From the IMG/VR virus record IMGVR_UViG_3300027747_002638: 64,000 nucleotides of DNA, one strand, 5' to 3'. This document shows positions 1 through 9,731 of the stretch, one piece after another. Positions within the stretch are counted from its first letter, which is position 1. Each line of letters opens with the position of its first letter. The position numbers and the translations under genes are program-made. The DNA is from a virus. The notes beneath the pieces were generated by a model. It saw only the letters and a list, made by a program, of their open reading frames with translations. It ran no database searches and was not told the DNA's origin.

Positions 1-34
1 TTAATTTTTAAATTAATTTTAATAAAGTTTAAAC

Positions 35-319
35 TTAATTAATTAAAGAATAACCTTCTTTAAATTTTAAATCTAAAGAAAATGAATTAACAGCTTGGCC
101 TTCGTCAAATCTTTTAATAAAGTTTGCTCCAATTTTCGGCATAACTGCAGTATATTCTTTATTTTTAATTTTCATGTTAACATGAGAAGGTAGTACTGAA
201 ATGCTAGTAACTTTACCTTTCATATTTTTTTTGATTGCTCTGGCGATTGCACAGTTTTGAGGATTAGATTTTTCTCCTTCAAAAATGTTTCTTTCTGTTA
301 TGTTTATTGTTTTATTCAC
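35..319 (-). CDS. hypothetical phage protein
   Basis: 94-aa ORF overlapping the 3' end of 312..956; no recognised domain. Confidence 0.6.
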   Translation of the reverse strand: MNKTINITERNIFEGEKSNPQNCAIARAIKKNMKGKVTSISVLPSHVNMKIKNKEYTAVMPKIGANFIKRFDEGQAVNSFSLDLKFKEGYSLIN

Positions 320-956
320 TTTTTATTTCCTTTATGTTGTAGTTATAATTATTACTGTCTTCAGTAATCCATTTTGGACTATTTTCAGCAGTATAAATAT
401 GACTATTTATTTTTCTTTCCAAAACCAATTCGTTTGGTTTTGTAGCGAAACTTGGATCAAAGACTTTAATTCTGTTATTTGGTTGAATAGCAAAATTACC
501 ATTATCAAGTTTAATAATATGACCAGCTTTGTGTTGATCTGGTTTTTGACTAAATCCAAAATTTAATTCGTTGTAATCGCTATGAGCCCAATCAAGAGTA
601 AATAAATAAGTTCCCATATATTCGTTGCCAGTTCTTCCTGTATATTTAAGTACTTTATTTTCTAGTAAATAAAAAGTTGTTACGGCTATATGGTAACTAA
701 AACTATCCCAAAGCTCTAACTCTGTTAATTCCATAGTTGGAGCATTTTCTTTATGACAAAATGCACTAATAGGAGCATGCCACCAAATTCCACCATCTTC
801 CATAAGAAAATTAAAAAGCGGAGCTTGGCTAGGAAGACTTGTAACACCAAAAATTAAACATTTATATTTTTTATCAAAACTATCTTCTTGATTTCTCATA
901 TAGTTTCCACGAACATAACATTCTATCGGAGGAATATTTGCGTTCAAAAAAGACAT
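312..956 (-). CDS. conserved hypothetical phage protein
   Basis: 214-aa ORF (MSFLNANIPPIECYVR...QPNNRI) resembling a family I recall from large aquatic phages; GTGTAA motif 9 nt upstream of ATG. Confidence 0.7.
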   Translation of the reverse strand: MSFLNANIPPIECYVRGNYMRNQEDSFDKKYKCLIFGVTSLPSQAPLFNFLMEDGGIWWHAPISAFCHKENAPTMELTELELWDSFSYHIAVTTFYLLENKVLKYTGRTGNEYMGTYLFTLDWAHSDYNELNFGFSQKPDQHKAGHIIKLDNGNFAIQPNNRIKVFDPSFATKPNELVLERKINSHIYTAENSPKWITEDSNNYNYNIKEIKSE

Positions 957-965
957 TTAATATTA

Positions 966-1895
966 TTACACTAATAGTCCTGTTATATTTAAAGCTATAT
1001 TTTCTGTTCTTTCTATAATAGATAAGTTATTAAGTAATATTCTTTCGCCAGTTATATATGCTCCACCTGGAATATATGTTGAACCAATATAAAATCCATC
1101 GCTTAAATTTAATCTATTCGTACCTTTACCAATAAATACTCCATATCCTTGTAAACTGATATCATTATCTGAAATTAAAGATATAGAATTTCCGTCTTTG
1201 GCTGTTTCTAATGTTATATCTTGATTTAAAATTAAAGATGCTGTACTGTATATGCCTGACTGATTGTAATTGTCACCTTGAACTCCTGCGTTTACTCCAG
1301 CCAATTTTATTCCATTTGATCCTAATGTTATATATGAGATAGAATCTGTTCTCTCTGCGCTGTAACCATCAGTTTTCAACCAATTATTAGTTTGTATCTT
1401 TATTGATGTTCCTGTATATGGATAATAATTTTTTGCGCTAGGAATATTTTCATATTGAGGACCAGCTAGATATGATCCTATAACTAAATTAGGATAAGTA
1501 TCAATTTTATTATAAACTCCATAGTATCCAGTTGGAGTTGGTGGGCTAAATTTATTTTTTAAATATATTCCGTTTGCAAAATCTATAGTTAATGCGTTAG
1601 ATTGATCCGCATAATGATTTCTATTATCTCCATCAGCGATTAATGATGCACCATTTTGATTTTTAATAACACCATTTTGTCCTGCAATTATTGTGGATGA
1701 AATACTATTTATGATTTGATTATTGTATCCTCCAACTACAGTAGAATAACTTCCAGATACTGTATTATTTTCTCCTCCACCAATTGTTTGTGCTTGTCCT
1801 GCTCTTGAAGCTGTATTTGAATTATTCTCTCGGAAACTACTTAAAGTTCCATCTGCATTATAAACTCCATATAAATTTTCGTTATTTGTTATCAT
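966..1895 (-). CDS. putative virion fibre/adhesin-like protein
   Basis: G/N/S-rich beta-repeat (IGGGENNTVSGSYSTVVGGYNN); structural-gene context. Confidence 0.55.
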   Translation of the reverse strand: MITNNENLYGVYNADGTLSSFRENNSNTASRAGQAQTIGGGENNTVSGSYSTVVGGYNNQIINSISSTIIAGQNGVIKNQNGASLIADGDNRNHYADQSNALTIDFANGIYLKNKFSPPTPTGYYGVYNKIDTYPNLVIGSYLAGPQYENIPSAKNYYPYTGTSIKIQTNNWLKTDGYSAERTDSISYITLGSNGIKLAGVNAGVQGDNYNQSGIYSTASLILNQDITLETAKDGNSISLISDNDISLQGYGVFIGKGTNRLNLSDGFYIGSTYIPGGAYITGERILLNNLSIIERTENIALNITGLLV

Positions 1896-1898
1896 ATA

Positions 1899-2933
1899 TT
1901 ATGCAAATGGATATTTTCTAAAAGTGCCTCCATTATATAGAGCGGTAATTTCTGTTTGATTTAAAACGTATTCATACCAAAATCCTAAATTTCTAACAAT
2001 TGCTTTATTATTTTCTGTTAAAGTATTAGGTTGAGCACCGTTTATATTTCCAAGAGGAGTTCCTCCAATTCCAAAACCTTGTGCTTGAGGAATTGTATTA
2101 AATGAAAATCCACCATTATATAAAGATACTGTAGTATAATGATAATTTGCACTTCCTTGTAAAACTCCATTAACGTAAAATTTAGCAAGAGAATCATTTC
2201 TTGGATCAAACGTAGCTACAACTTGATAATAGCTACTATTATTAAATTGTGAAATAGATGGAATTTTATGCCATTGTCCAGTGACTGGATTACCACCACC
2301 AGCACTCTTTGGCATATTAAAGACTAAATAATTTCCACTAAATTCGAAATGAAAATTAAGTTGACCATATTTTGAACCTAATAAAAATCCACTAGAATTA
2401 ACTCTTTTTGTTTCGAAACTTGTAGAAAATCTATTAGGATAAAGACCTTCTGGTTGTCCATAGTACATCATGGCTTTTGACCAACCAGGAACAGCTAATG
2501 TTCTATAACAAAATAATCCATTATTATTTGTTCCGCTAGTGTTTACTCCACTTGAGTTAAATGTAACATTTCCATTGCTACTAAAATAATCATTTCCAAA
2601 TACTGGATCTGAATTTAATGTAAAATACCACCAATTATTTGGATTTGTAATACCAATTGGAGATACTGTAGAATCTACTGTCCATCCAGCTAATCTTGCT
2701 CTTGACCAATTATTATCTGCGTAACAATAATAAACATAATTTTTATCAAATGTAATTGTTCCTTTTTGTCCTAATGAATCTGGTAAATTTGGAGGATTTA
2801 CTAATGAAATATTTGCATTTAAATTAGGATCTAGACTGAGTTGATAACCAGAAATAACAAATTGATTTGTATCATTATTTACATATAATTGTTTTCCAGA
2901 ATTTAGATAATATATTGTATTTAATGTTGCCAT
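1899..2933 (-). CDS. virion protein with C-terminal LamG/ConA-like lectin domain
   Basis: C-terminal YQVVATF...KFYVNGVLQGS...LNQTEITALYNGG pattern typical of LamG_3 domains. Confidence 0.7.
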   Translation of the reverse strand: MATLNTIYYLNSGKQLYVNNDTNQFVISGYQLSLDPNLNANISLVNPPNLPDSLGQKGTITFDKNYVYYCYADNNWSRARLAGWTVDSTVSPIGITNPNNWWYFTLNSDPVFGNDYFSSNGNVTFNSSGVNTSGTNNNGLFCYRTLAVPGWSKAMMYYGQPEGLYPNRFSTSFETKRVNSSGFLLGSKYGQLNFHFEFSGNYLVFNMPKSAGGGNPVTGQWHKIPSISQFNNSSYYQVVATFDPRNDSLAKFYVNGVLQGSANYHYTTVSLYNGGFSFNTIPQAQGFGIGGTPLGNINGAQPNTLTENNKAIVRNLGFWYEYVLNQTEITALYNGGTFRKYPFA

Positions 2934-2934
2934 A

Positions 2935-3372
2935 TTATGAAATTCCTGCTGTAGATTCCAAACATACCCATCCAGTATAATTATTATTAATTACACCAAC
3001 CAAAGCAATTGAAGCTGGGGCAGGAAGTGCTAGAGTAGAATCTGAATTATCAAAAATTTGATTAGTATTGTATCCAGTAATAATTAATGGATTTGTAGAT
3101 TTTAAATTTTTTATAATAATTGTTTTTTTATCAGTTATATCTGGTAAGGACGCTGTATAAGAACCATTTGTTCCAGTGCAATAAAATATATTTATATAAT
3201 TCGTTACATTAAAATTTGTGTCTGAATAGAAATTGTAATTAGATTGAATATTATCACCTAAGATTAAATTAGCGCCTTGATCATTTCCAGTTATACGAGG
3301 ATACCTTAAATCTAATTGACCAGTATTAGTCAGTTGCTGTGTAAAAATTTGTAATCCATTAAATGTACGCAT
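2935..3372 (-). CDS. putative virion protein (MRTFNGLQIF N-terminal family)
   Basis: N-terminus shared with 5456..5743; tail-fibre-like TASLP...IIIKN motif. Confidence 0.6.
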   Translation of the reverse strand: MRTFNGLQIFTQQLTNTGQLDLRYPRITGNDQGANLILGDNIQSNYNFYSDTNFNVTNYINIFYCTGTNGSYTASLPDITDKKTIIIKNLKSTNPLIITGYNTNQIFDNSDSTLALPAPASIALVGVINNNYTGWVCLESTAGIS

Positions 3373-3381
3373 ACCATATAT

Positions 3382-3552
3382 TTACACCAATACACCAGTT
3401 ATATTTAACGAAAAATTAGAATTGCTTGGGTTAATGTAAATTCCGCTTTCAAAAACGGCTATTTTTTTATTATCAAAATTTAAGTTAGATTCTTCAACTT
3501 TTATAAGTTTACCATCCAAGTTTATGTATTTTAAATCTATTTTAGTGTTCAT
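3382..3552 (-). CDS. small putative virion protein
   Basis: Start moved to MNTKIDL (3552) because the longer ORF runs into a structured GC-rich element; ends LNITGVLV like 966..1895. Confidence 0.5.
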   Translation of the reverse strand: MNTKIDLKYINLDGKLIKVEESNLNFDNKKIAVFESGIYINPSNSNFSLNITGVLV

Positions 3553-3565
3553 AATTTTATAGTCC

Positions 3566-3716
3566 CTCTGGTAACGTGACCCCCTCTTTGTGTTCGCACA
3601 CATCCAGAGTAATCACATGAAAAAAATGCGGTTTACTTTTTACGATAAACCCCAATATTCTCTTGACTTTCTTAAGGCCACCCGAGAGCGACCAACAAGT
3701 TGTCACGTTACTAGAG
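3566..3716. ncRNA. candidate structured RNA / inverted-repeat element
   Basis: 15-bp terminal inverted repeat with 1 mismatch (3566-3580 / 3702-3716) enclosing internal hairpins; GC-richer than the flanks. Confidence 0.45.
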
Positions 3717-3729
3717 CTGTATAATTGAT

Positions 3730-5454
3730 TTACCATTTTATTACACTTTGATTTGTTGGACTATTGAAATCTGGTCTAGATTTATATATGAATAATTCAT
3801 TTTGTTCAAAACTATAATCTTTTCCAGATAATACATAAAATGGATTTGAATCATATGCGCCGTTATCTCTTTCGTCATAAAATTCTATATTCTTACTATA
3901 TCCACTATAAATTTTTTCTAATACTGGATAGAAATTTCTAATTACTAATTGCTCTTGAACGGTCCTAGTATCATTTTCATAGTTAAATTTCATATTAACT
4001 TTTTTACCTTGATGAAGGTTTGGAGATAATGGTCTTTTAAAATTAACTTTTTCTTTGATTATTAATTCGTTTGGCATTGTAGTAGAGTATGTATATGGAA
4101 AAACATCTAATCCTTGATTATCAAATATAATATATGGATAGTATAATTTTATATTTGGATTAACTCCATTCGCAATTGGAGACCAATTATAACTATTTAT
4201 TGTAAATTTAGAATATTGATTAATTTTTGAAATTGGTAATGATGAAATTGAATTTTTACTAGTAATATATGCTCCAGTGGGTTTATTTGTGGTAGTATTA
4301 AAACCATTCCATGAGCTATTATTAGAATACAATAAGCCTATGGAAGAGTAATAAGGATATATAGAAGCATCTGTGCAACCTTGACTGACTCTTATAGAAG
4401 AATTGTCAGTCACTCCTGTCCAGTTAAAATAATTATATGCATAATAAGGATTTATGTCTTGACGTTTTGGATTTGCATAAATTTTATGAGTATATGCATA
4501 TGATGTTACTGATGTTGTTTTGTATATACTATTAAAATTAATTGAATCTGGAGATATTGTATAACTAACTCCTGTATTTTTTGGTTGAGCTAAAACCCAT
4601 CTATTGGTATTTCCACTATTATATATTCTATAATTATTTTCATTAATATAATTATTGCTACTTTTATATACATACATTCCATTTGCTTCTGAATAGGAAG
4701 ATCCGCTTACTATTAATACATCTCCACTAGCAATTTGTTGAAATTGTCCTGCAAAAGATAAATTTTTTGTACTATTTCCATAATTTATATTTGCTCCACT
4801 TTTTATATTAAGTTTAATAAATGTTTCTAAGTGGTGATTTTTTGGTTGTACAGTTATTGGTACACCACTCCATAAATTATATTCAGTATGGCCATTGCCA
4901 ATGACTGGATGAAATCTTACTGACTGCAATGCTAAATTTTTGTATCTACTTTGAGGATTAAATACTACAAAATTATTATTTCCAGAAACTCCAGTGAAAA
5001 GATTTGATGGCGTTTTTTCGTAACTGTTTGGTCTATTTCCATCATTTTCAATAACCATATAAGGTTTTGCTCTCAGAGATGATATGTATCTTGCATTATT
5101 TGAATCTGTATTTAATCCAGACTCCAAAAGACTACTTTTTGGTTCGATAGTGAAATAAACAAAATTTCCAGGTTCTAGCCCAGAAGGAATACCTTGTAAA
5201 CCGGTATTTTCATTTATATATCTTCTAAAAGAATTTCCTTCTAAACCAATACTTAACCATTTTTGTTTTCTATATTTATTTTTATCTGTAGAACCTGCTG
5301 GTACTGGTGGAAAAAAACCAGTATAAACATTATCAATAAAAAATTGTTGACCGCTAGATATTGTAATTCCTTGATTAGCATTAATATAACTAAAGCCTAC
5401 ATTAGGAATTGATTGGAGACTTAAAACTTGATTGTATATATTATTTGTTGGCAT
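3730..5454 (-). CDS. putative virion structural protein
   Basis: 574 aa, N/S/G/Y-rich, within the structural cluster. Confidence 0.55.
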   Translation of the reverse strand: MPTNNIYNQVLSLQSIPNVGFSYINANQGITISSGQQFFIDNVYTGFFPPVPAGSTDKNKYRKQKWLSIGLEGNSFRRYINENTGLQGIPSGLEPGNFVYFTIEPKSSLLESGLNTDSNNARYISSLRAKPYMVIENDGNRPNSYEKTPSNLFTGVSGNNNFVVFNPQSRYKNLALQSVRFHPVIGNGHTEYNLWSGVPITVQPKNHHLETFIKLNIKSGANINYGNSTKNLSFAGQFQQIASGDVLIVSGSSYSEANGMYVYKSSNNYINENNYRIYNSGNTNRWVLAQPKNTGVSYTISPDSINFNSIYKTTSVTSYAYTHKIYANPKRQDINPYYAYNYFNWTGVTDNSSIRVSQGCTDASIYPYYSSIGLLYSNNSSWNGFNTTTNKPTGAYITSKNSISSLPISKINQYSKFTINSYNWSPIANGVNPNIKLYYPYIIFDNQGLDVFPYTYSTTMPNELIIKEKVNFKRPLSPNLHQGKKVNMKFNYENDTRTVQEQLVIRNFYPVLEKIYSGYSKNIEFYDERDNGAYDSNPFYVLSGKDYSFEQNELFIYKSRPDFNSPTNQSVIKW

Positions 5455-5455
5455 A

Positions 5456-5743
5456 TTAATTTAAAACCCAATTTGTTGCAATTGAAGTTGCTCTCCAATC
5501 TCCATTCATTCCATTTCCACTAACACAAATAAAAATATAATCTCTATTAAAAGCTATTTGTCCACTATATCCTGGAGAATTAGGCGTAGAAGGTACATAA
5601 TTTGGATTAAAAATTAAATTATTTTTTAGAGTTTTTTGTCCAGTTATAGTTTGATCTGTATTTAAAGTTACATATCGAGAATCTAATTGACCAGAATTAG
5701 TCAGTTGCTGTGTAAAAATTTGTAATCCATTAAATGTACGCAT
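5456..5743 (-). CDS. small virion protein (MRTFNGLQIF family; fibre-like module)
   Basis: YVTLNTDQTITGQKT and PSTPNSPGYSGQIAF...YIFIC...W motifs found in phage fibre proteins. Confidence 0.6.
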   Translation of the reverse strand: MRTFNGLQIFTQQLTNSGQLDSRYVTLNTDQTITGQKTLKNNLIFNPNYVPSTPNSPGYSGQIAFNRDYIFICVSGNGMNGDWRATSIATNWVLN

Positions 5744-5757
5744 TTTAAATGATTACA

Positions 5758-5811
5758 CTAATGATCCTTCAACTGATCAGTAAAAATTTGAAGTCCATTG
5801 AATGTGCGCAT
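5758..5811 (-). pseudogene. truncated third copy of the MRTFNGLQIFT leader (17 aa)
   Basis: Translates MRTFNGLQIFTDQLKDH*, with its own GTGTAA motif 8 nt upstream. Confidence 0.5.
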
Positions 5812-5826
5812 ATAATTAATTACACC

Positions 5827-6810
5827 CTAGCCTCTTCTGTTGCAATAATTAAAATTCTTATAAATTTTTTCTATTATATGCTCTTTAGATTCATCCTTTT
5901 CTTCTGTTTTTATCTCTTGACCTGCAGAAGTTTGTATATCTAAATTTTCTTTTTCTTGTATTTTTGGTTTTATTTCTATATCTTCTTTTTTATTAGATGT
6001 TATGTTATAAGCTAATAAAAGTGAAACCGCTAATGGATCAAAAACACAAACAATTATAAGTATAAACCATTTAACTACTGTTTCTATTTTTACGTTAAAA
6101 GCTTCTGCTATAAATTTATAAGTTCCTATATCTGATTTTGTGATTTGTTGTTTTAAAGAAATAATAGAATTGTCAATACCATTAATTTCAGCTAATAAAG
6201 TATTATTAATATTATTAATTTTTTCTATATTAGATTCTAATGATGATATGCCAGTTTGCATACTATCTAAAGTTTTAGATTTTAATTCTACTGATTTTTT
6301 ATCTACTATTTTTTCTTGAGTATCGCTACTAAATAAACCTCCAGATTTTGTAATTGTAGTTGTGGTAGATTGATCTAGAGCTTTTGTTAAATTTGATTCT
6401 TGGTTCTTTCTTGTGTCTGTTAAAGTCTTAATTCTTTCGTTATTTGAAACTATTTGAGTATTTAATGATTGTTTTTTATTCTCTAATAAAACTACTTGGG
6501 ATTCTATACCATCTATATTGCTTTTAGTTGAGTAAAAGGCTTGACTTAAAAATCCAAATATACCTAAACTAGTAATTGCCATCAATACAATAATCGCCGC
6601 TAATAGATATGATCTAATAATATTATTAATTTTTTGCCAATAACGATATAAAAAGCTAGTTGCCATTATTTTTCCAAACTCTAAGCTGCTTGCCATAATT
6701 ATTGATGCTATAAAGCTACCAGAGAATAGTAAACCTATACCTTTCACAGAAAAGAAAGCCCCGCATCCTGCTAATAATAAAGCTGACAAGCCTAATAAGT
6801 ATTTAAACAT
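5827..6810 (-). CDS. membrane protein with long coiled coil (conserved phage family)
   Basis: Three N-terminal TM helices, a coiled coil and a C-terminal TM (IIVCVFDPLAV); likely start MFKYLL. Confidence 0.7.
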   Translation of the reverse strand: MFKYLLGLSALLLAGCGAFFSVKGIGLLFSGSFIASIIMASSLEFGKIMATSFLYRYWQKINNIIRSYLLAAIIVLMAITSLGIFGFLSQAFYSTKSNIDGIESQVVLLENKKQSLNTQIVSNNERIKTLTDTRKNQESNLTKALDQSTTTTITKSGGLFSSDTQEKIVDKKSVELKSKTLDSMQTGISSLESNIEKINNINNTLLAEINGIDNSIISLKQQITKSDIGTYKFIAEAFNVKIETVVKWFILIIVCVFDPLAVSLLLAYNITSNKKEDIEIKPKIQEKENLDIQTSAGQEIKTEEKDESKEHIIEKIYKNFNYCNRRG

Positions 6811-6814
6811 AAGT

Positions 6815-7048
6815 TCAATTTTTTGATTTATAATTGCCACCTAATCCTAAAAAATTGGGCTCGCGCACAGAATATAAAGGTTTGGCCGTGGTAATTTTTG
6901 GTAAATTATTATCAATGTATTGTATATTATTTTGGATTGGCTCATTTGGTTTGTTTTTGTTTGATTTTAAGATATTGGTCTGACTAATAAGGTAATATAA
7001 AGATCCTAATAATATTGTTAAAGCTAATAATTTGATATTGTGTTTCAT
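6815..7048 (-). CDS. small membrane-anchored hypothetical protein
   Basis: N-terminal hydrophobic helix; GTGTAA 10 nt upstream. Confidence 0.55.
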   Translation of the reverse strand: MKHNIKLLALTILLGSLYYLISQTNILKSNKNKPNEPIQNNIQYIDNNLPKITTAKPLYSVREPNFLGLGGNYKSKN

Positions 7049-7090
7049 ATAATGTAGATTACACTAGTTAATATGGTGTAATTTGCATAT

Positions 7091-7927
7091 ATGCCGTCTG
7101 GTAAAAAACATACATTTATTAACAGAACTGTGCAAGGTAGTCCTATATTTTATGAAGGATTAAAATCTATTATTTTTCAAGAAGCAAGCAATTACTCTAT
7201 AAACTATGGATATTTTGATTATGCTACTTATGGTAATGCTGTTGCGTTTGTGCAAGAACCTTCTGTGAACGTTATTATAAATTATGTTATAAACCTTGGC
7301 GCTGGGAAAAGATCATGGACATTCTCCCCAACAAATCCTGCTCTTCCAGTTTTAGAAATAATATTAGATTTTCCAGGCACGAATAATGAAAATGCTCCTC
7401 CTTATAAACCAATTTGGGGTTTAAGTTATTCATTAGGAGATTTTGGTGGAGGTCATCCACCTTTTAGTCCAAATGGAACAGAATATAATATAACTGTAAA
7501 TCCTGCTCTTACTTGCTATAACTCAGAAGCAGAAGTTCTTATGGAAGGTTGGTACGCTGGTCCTAGAATCTTAACTCGTGATAACGAAAATCTTTATACT
7601 TATTATGTGGGTGGTAATCCTGGAGATGAAACTTTAGATAGGACAAACTCTTCGAGTCTTTGGGTTTATAGAAATGTTGGAGATGCAATCGTAACATCTT
7701 TAACGGTTGCACCTTTTCCTTGGCAAGCTGAGTGGCCATCACCTTTTGTATCTACTAAACTTTTGCCATCTTGGAAGGGTGGAAATATTTATAATATTGG
7801 AGATATAGTAACTTTAGGTGGATTTAATTGGATATGTTTAGCTTATGCACCTGCAGGTTATGGACCATATGGTGGTTATTTAGATGGTACTGCAAATGGT
7901 ACAATATATTGGCAGCTTCTCCCATAG
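7091..7927 (+). CDS. virion-associated protein with C-terminal CBM5/12-like module
   Basis: C-terminal WKGGNIYNIGDIVTLGGFNWICL...W motif; GTGTAA 9 nt upstream. Confidence 0.55.
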   Translation: MPSGKKHTFINRTVQGSPIFYEGLKSIIFQEASNYSINYGYFDYATYGNAVAFVQEPSVNVIINYVINLGAGKRSWTFSPTNPALPVLEIILDFPGTNNENAPPYKPIWGLSYSLGDFGGGHPPFSPNGTEYNITVNPALTCYNSEAEVLMEGWYAGPRILTRDNENLYTYYVGGNPGDETLDRTNSSSLWVYRNVGDAIVTSLTVAPFPWQAEWPSPFVSTKLLPSWKGGNIYNIGDIVTLGGFNWICLAYAPAGYGPYGGYLDGTANGTIYWQLLP

Positions 7928-8378
7928 TTTGTTTTGGTTGTATATAAAAAACACTTTATAACAAAAATAGCCCCGCGGATTTTTTTACTTCTAAGTATAT
8001 TCATTTGTATTGATTTTTTATAGATTTAGAAAAAGGGGTAGGGGTATATATAGGAGTATAAATAAAGATAAGATAAAGTATAAGCTATTTATTGTATTTA
8101 AATTAGGTATAAATAAGTAACATATTAAAATAATGTGGAGATTGAAGATAGCCCCCTCCTCTCTCTTTTGAGTTTTAGAGCGAAGTAATTTTTTCAAAAA
8201 TGGGGTAGCCCATAGGCGAACTCAAACCTAGAAACACAGGCTAGGGATCTATATAAAAAATAAAAAACACAGAAAAAATGGGGTGGGGGTTTAGCGCTTT
8301 CTCTAAGTCGTTGACTATCAATGAAATTTAACTGAAGAAATATCTTGTGATAATCCTATTCTGTGATAGATTACCTAT

Positions 8379-8528
8379 ATGAAGAAATTAAGCAAATATG
8401 AACAACTGATCGCAAACCTCAACAAGGCTAGCCAAGACCTTAAGGATGCCTCTACCAAGGCTATCGCTACTCTTGACGCTCACGCCAACAAGGTGGAAGC
8501 TATCCATCAGGAAGCGATGACCAAATGA
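8379..8528 (+). CDS. small early protein, paralog of 9732..9920
   Basis: MKKLSKYEQLIANLNKASQDLK...; leaderless promoter TTGTGA-N16-TAGATT-N6-ATG; below the ORF-track cutoff. Confidence 0.7.
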   Translation: MKKLSKYEQLIANLNKASQDLKDASTKAIATLDAHANKVEAIHQEAMTK

Positions 8529-8608
8529 ATCAAATAGAAATCATCCTCACCCTTACCATCGTAACCATTCTTATCGGAATCTACGCTATGGTAACAGCTA
8601 AAAAATAA
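8525..8608 (+). CDS. 27-aa single-TM peptide
   Basis: MNQIEIILTLTIVTILIGIYAMVTAKK; ATGA overlap with the upstream stop. Confidence 0.5.
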   Translation: MNQIEIILTLTIVTILIGIYAMVTAKK

Positions 8609-8647
8609 CCCTTGACGAAACATAAACAGAAAGGCAATATACAACCT

Positions 8648-9067
8648 ATGAAACAAAACCTCAAAATCAGTTACCAAACCTTCGGCGAAAACAATGCTTA
8701 CCTTCTCGAAGGAAGTATCAAACAGATCAATCACTTCTTCAATTCAATATATAATTGGGAAGGAACTAACGGCAAGTTGCACGATATGGGCAACGGCAAA
8801 GCGTTTTACTTCTACGCTCATCCAGATGATGTGATGAAAGCTCTTACTAAAGTTGCGTTGCATAGCTTGGTCAATAAGATTAACGCTAAGGGACGCAAGG
8901 GTGGACTGCTTGACCTTGCCAAGGCCAAAGCACAGAGCATCGTGGATGCTATGGGTCAGACTTGTTTCCTATGGGGTGCAAGTAGCTCCGAGGGATACAG
9001 CCTTGGAACTATCAGTGCAGAGAAACCCTCTGACTACTGCGGTGCAGTCAGCAACGGAAGGGACTAA
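8648..9067 (+). CDS. hypothetical early protein, paralog of 15933..16319
   Basis: Shares YNWxGTNGxL and SLGTISAEK motifs; ATG follows a TTGACG promoter. Confidence 0.7.
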   Translation: MKQNLKISYQTFGENNAYLLEGSIKQINHFFNSIYNWEGTNGKLHDMGNGKAFYFYAHPDDVMKALTKVALHSLVNKINAKGRKGGLLDLAKAKAQSIVDAMGQTCFLWGASSSEGYSLGTISAEKPSDYCGAVSNGRD

Positions 9068-9071
9068 TCCT

Positions 9072-9449
9072 ATGACAGCAGAACTATTCATCGTAGCATT
9101 AACAATCCTTGGCGAAGCTAGGGGTGAAACCTTTGAGGGTATGGCTGGCGTTGCTAGTGTTATACAAACACGCACCATAGAGCGTAAGCAAACGCCTAGC
9201 CAAGTGTGCCTGTCACCTAAACAATTCAGCTTCTGGAATGGTGGAGTAAGTGAAGCTACCAAGAAGAAGCTACTGGCAACAGCACAAGGTAAGAACGCTC
9301 TATACCTTGCTGATCTAGTCGTCCATAAACAGATGCCAGACATCGTGAGGGGTGCAAACCATTACCACGCCATCAGCGTCGCTCCTAGATGGGCTAGAGA
9401 TGCAAGGCTAGTGGCTACAATACGCAACCACAAGTTTTATAAGTTGTAA
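9072..9449 (+). CDS. cell wall hydrolase, SleB/CwlJ (Hydrolase_2) family
   Basis: ALTILGEARGE...VASVIQTR...QFSFWN...GANHYH...PRWA...IRNHKFY signature. Confidence 0.85.
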   Translation: MTAELFIVALTILGEARGETFEGMAGVASVIQTRTIERKQTPSQVCLSPKQFSFWNGGVSEATKKKLLATAQGKNALYLADLVVHKQMPDIVRGANHYHAISVAPRWARDARLVATIRNHKFYKL

Positions 9450-9731
9450 GTAGCTGAATACCAACGACTTGCGAGCGCAGGGACGCACCTTATGTAAGTC
9501 CTTTATAATCAGATACTTGCAAAGATTCTCGATCTTCTGACAAAACCTGAATGAACGCAAAAGATCAGGCCTGATCTTGCAACAAAACCTGATGGAACGC
9601 TAAAAATCTAAACCCCTAACCATTAACGACTTACAAAAGCGACCTCCCTGCAGCTGTAACTCGTTGATGGTGAACGAGATTTAAATGAAAAAATATCTTG
9701 CAAAATTTCTAAAATGTGATAAATTAAGAGT

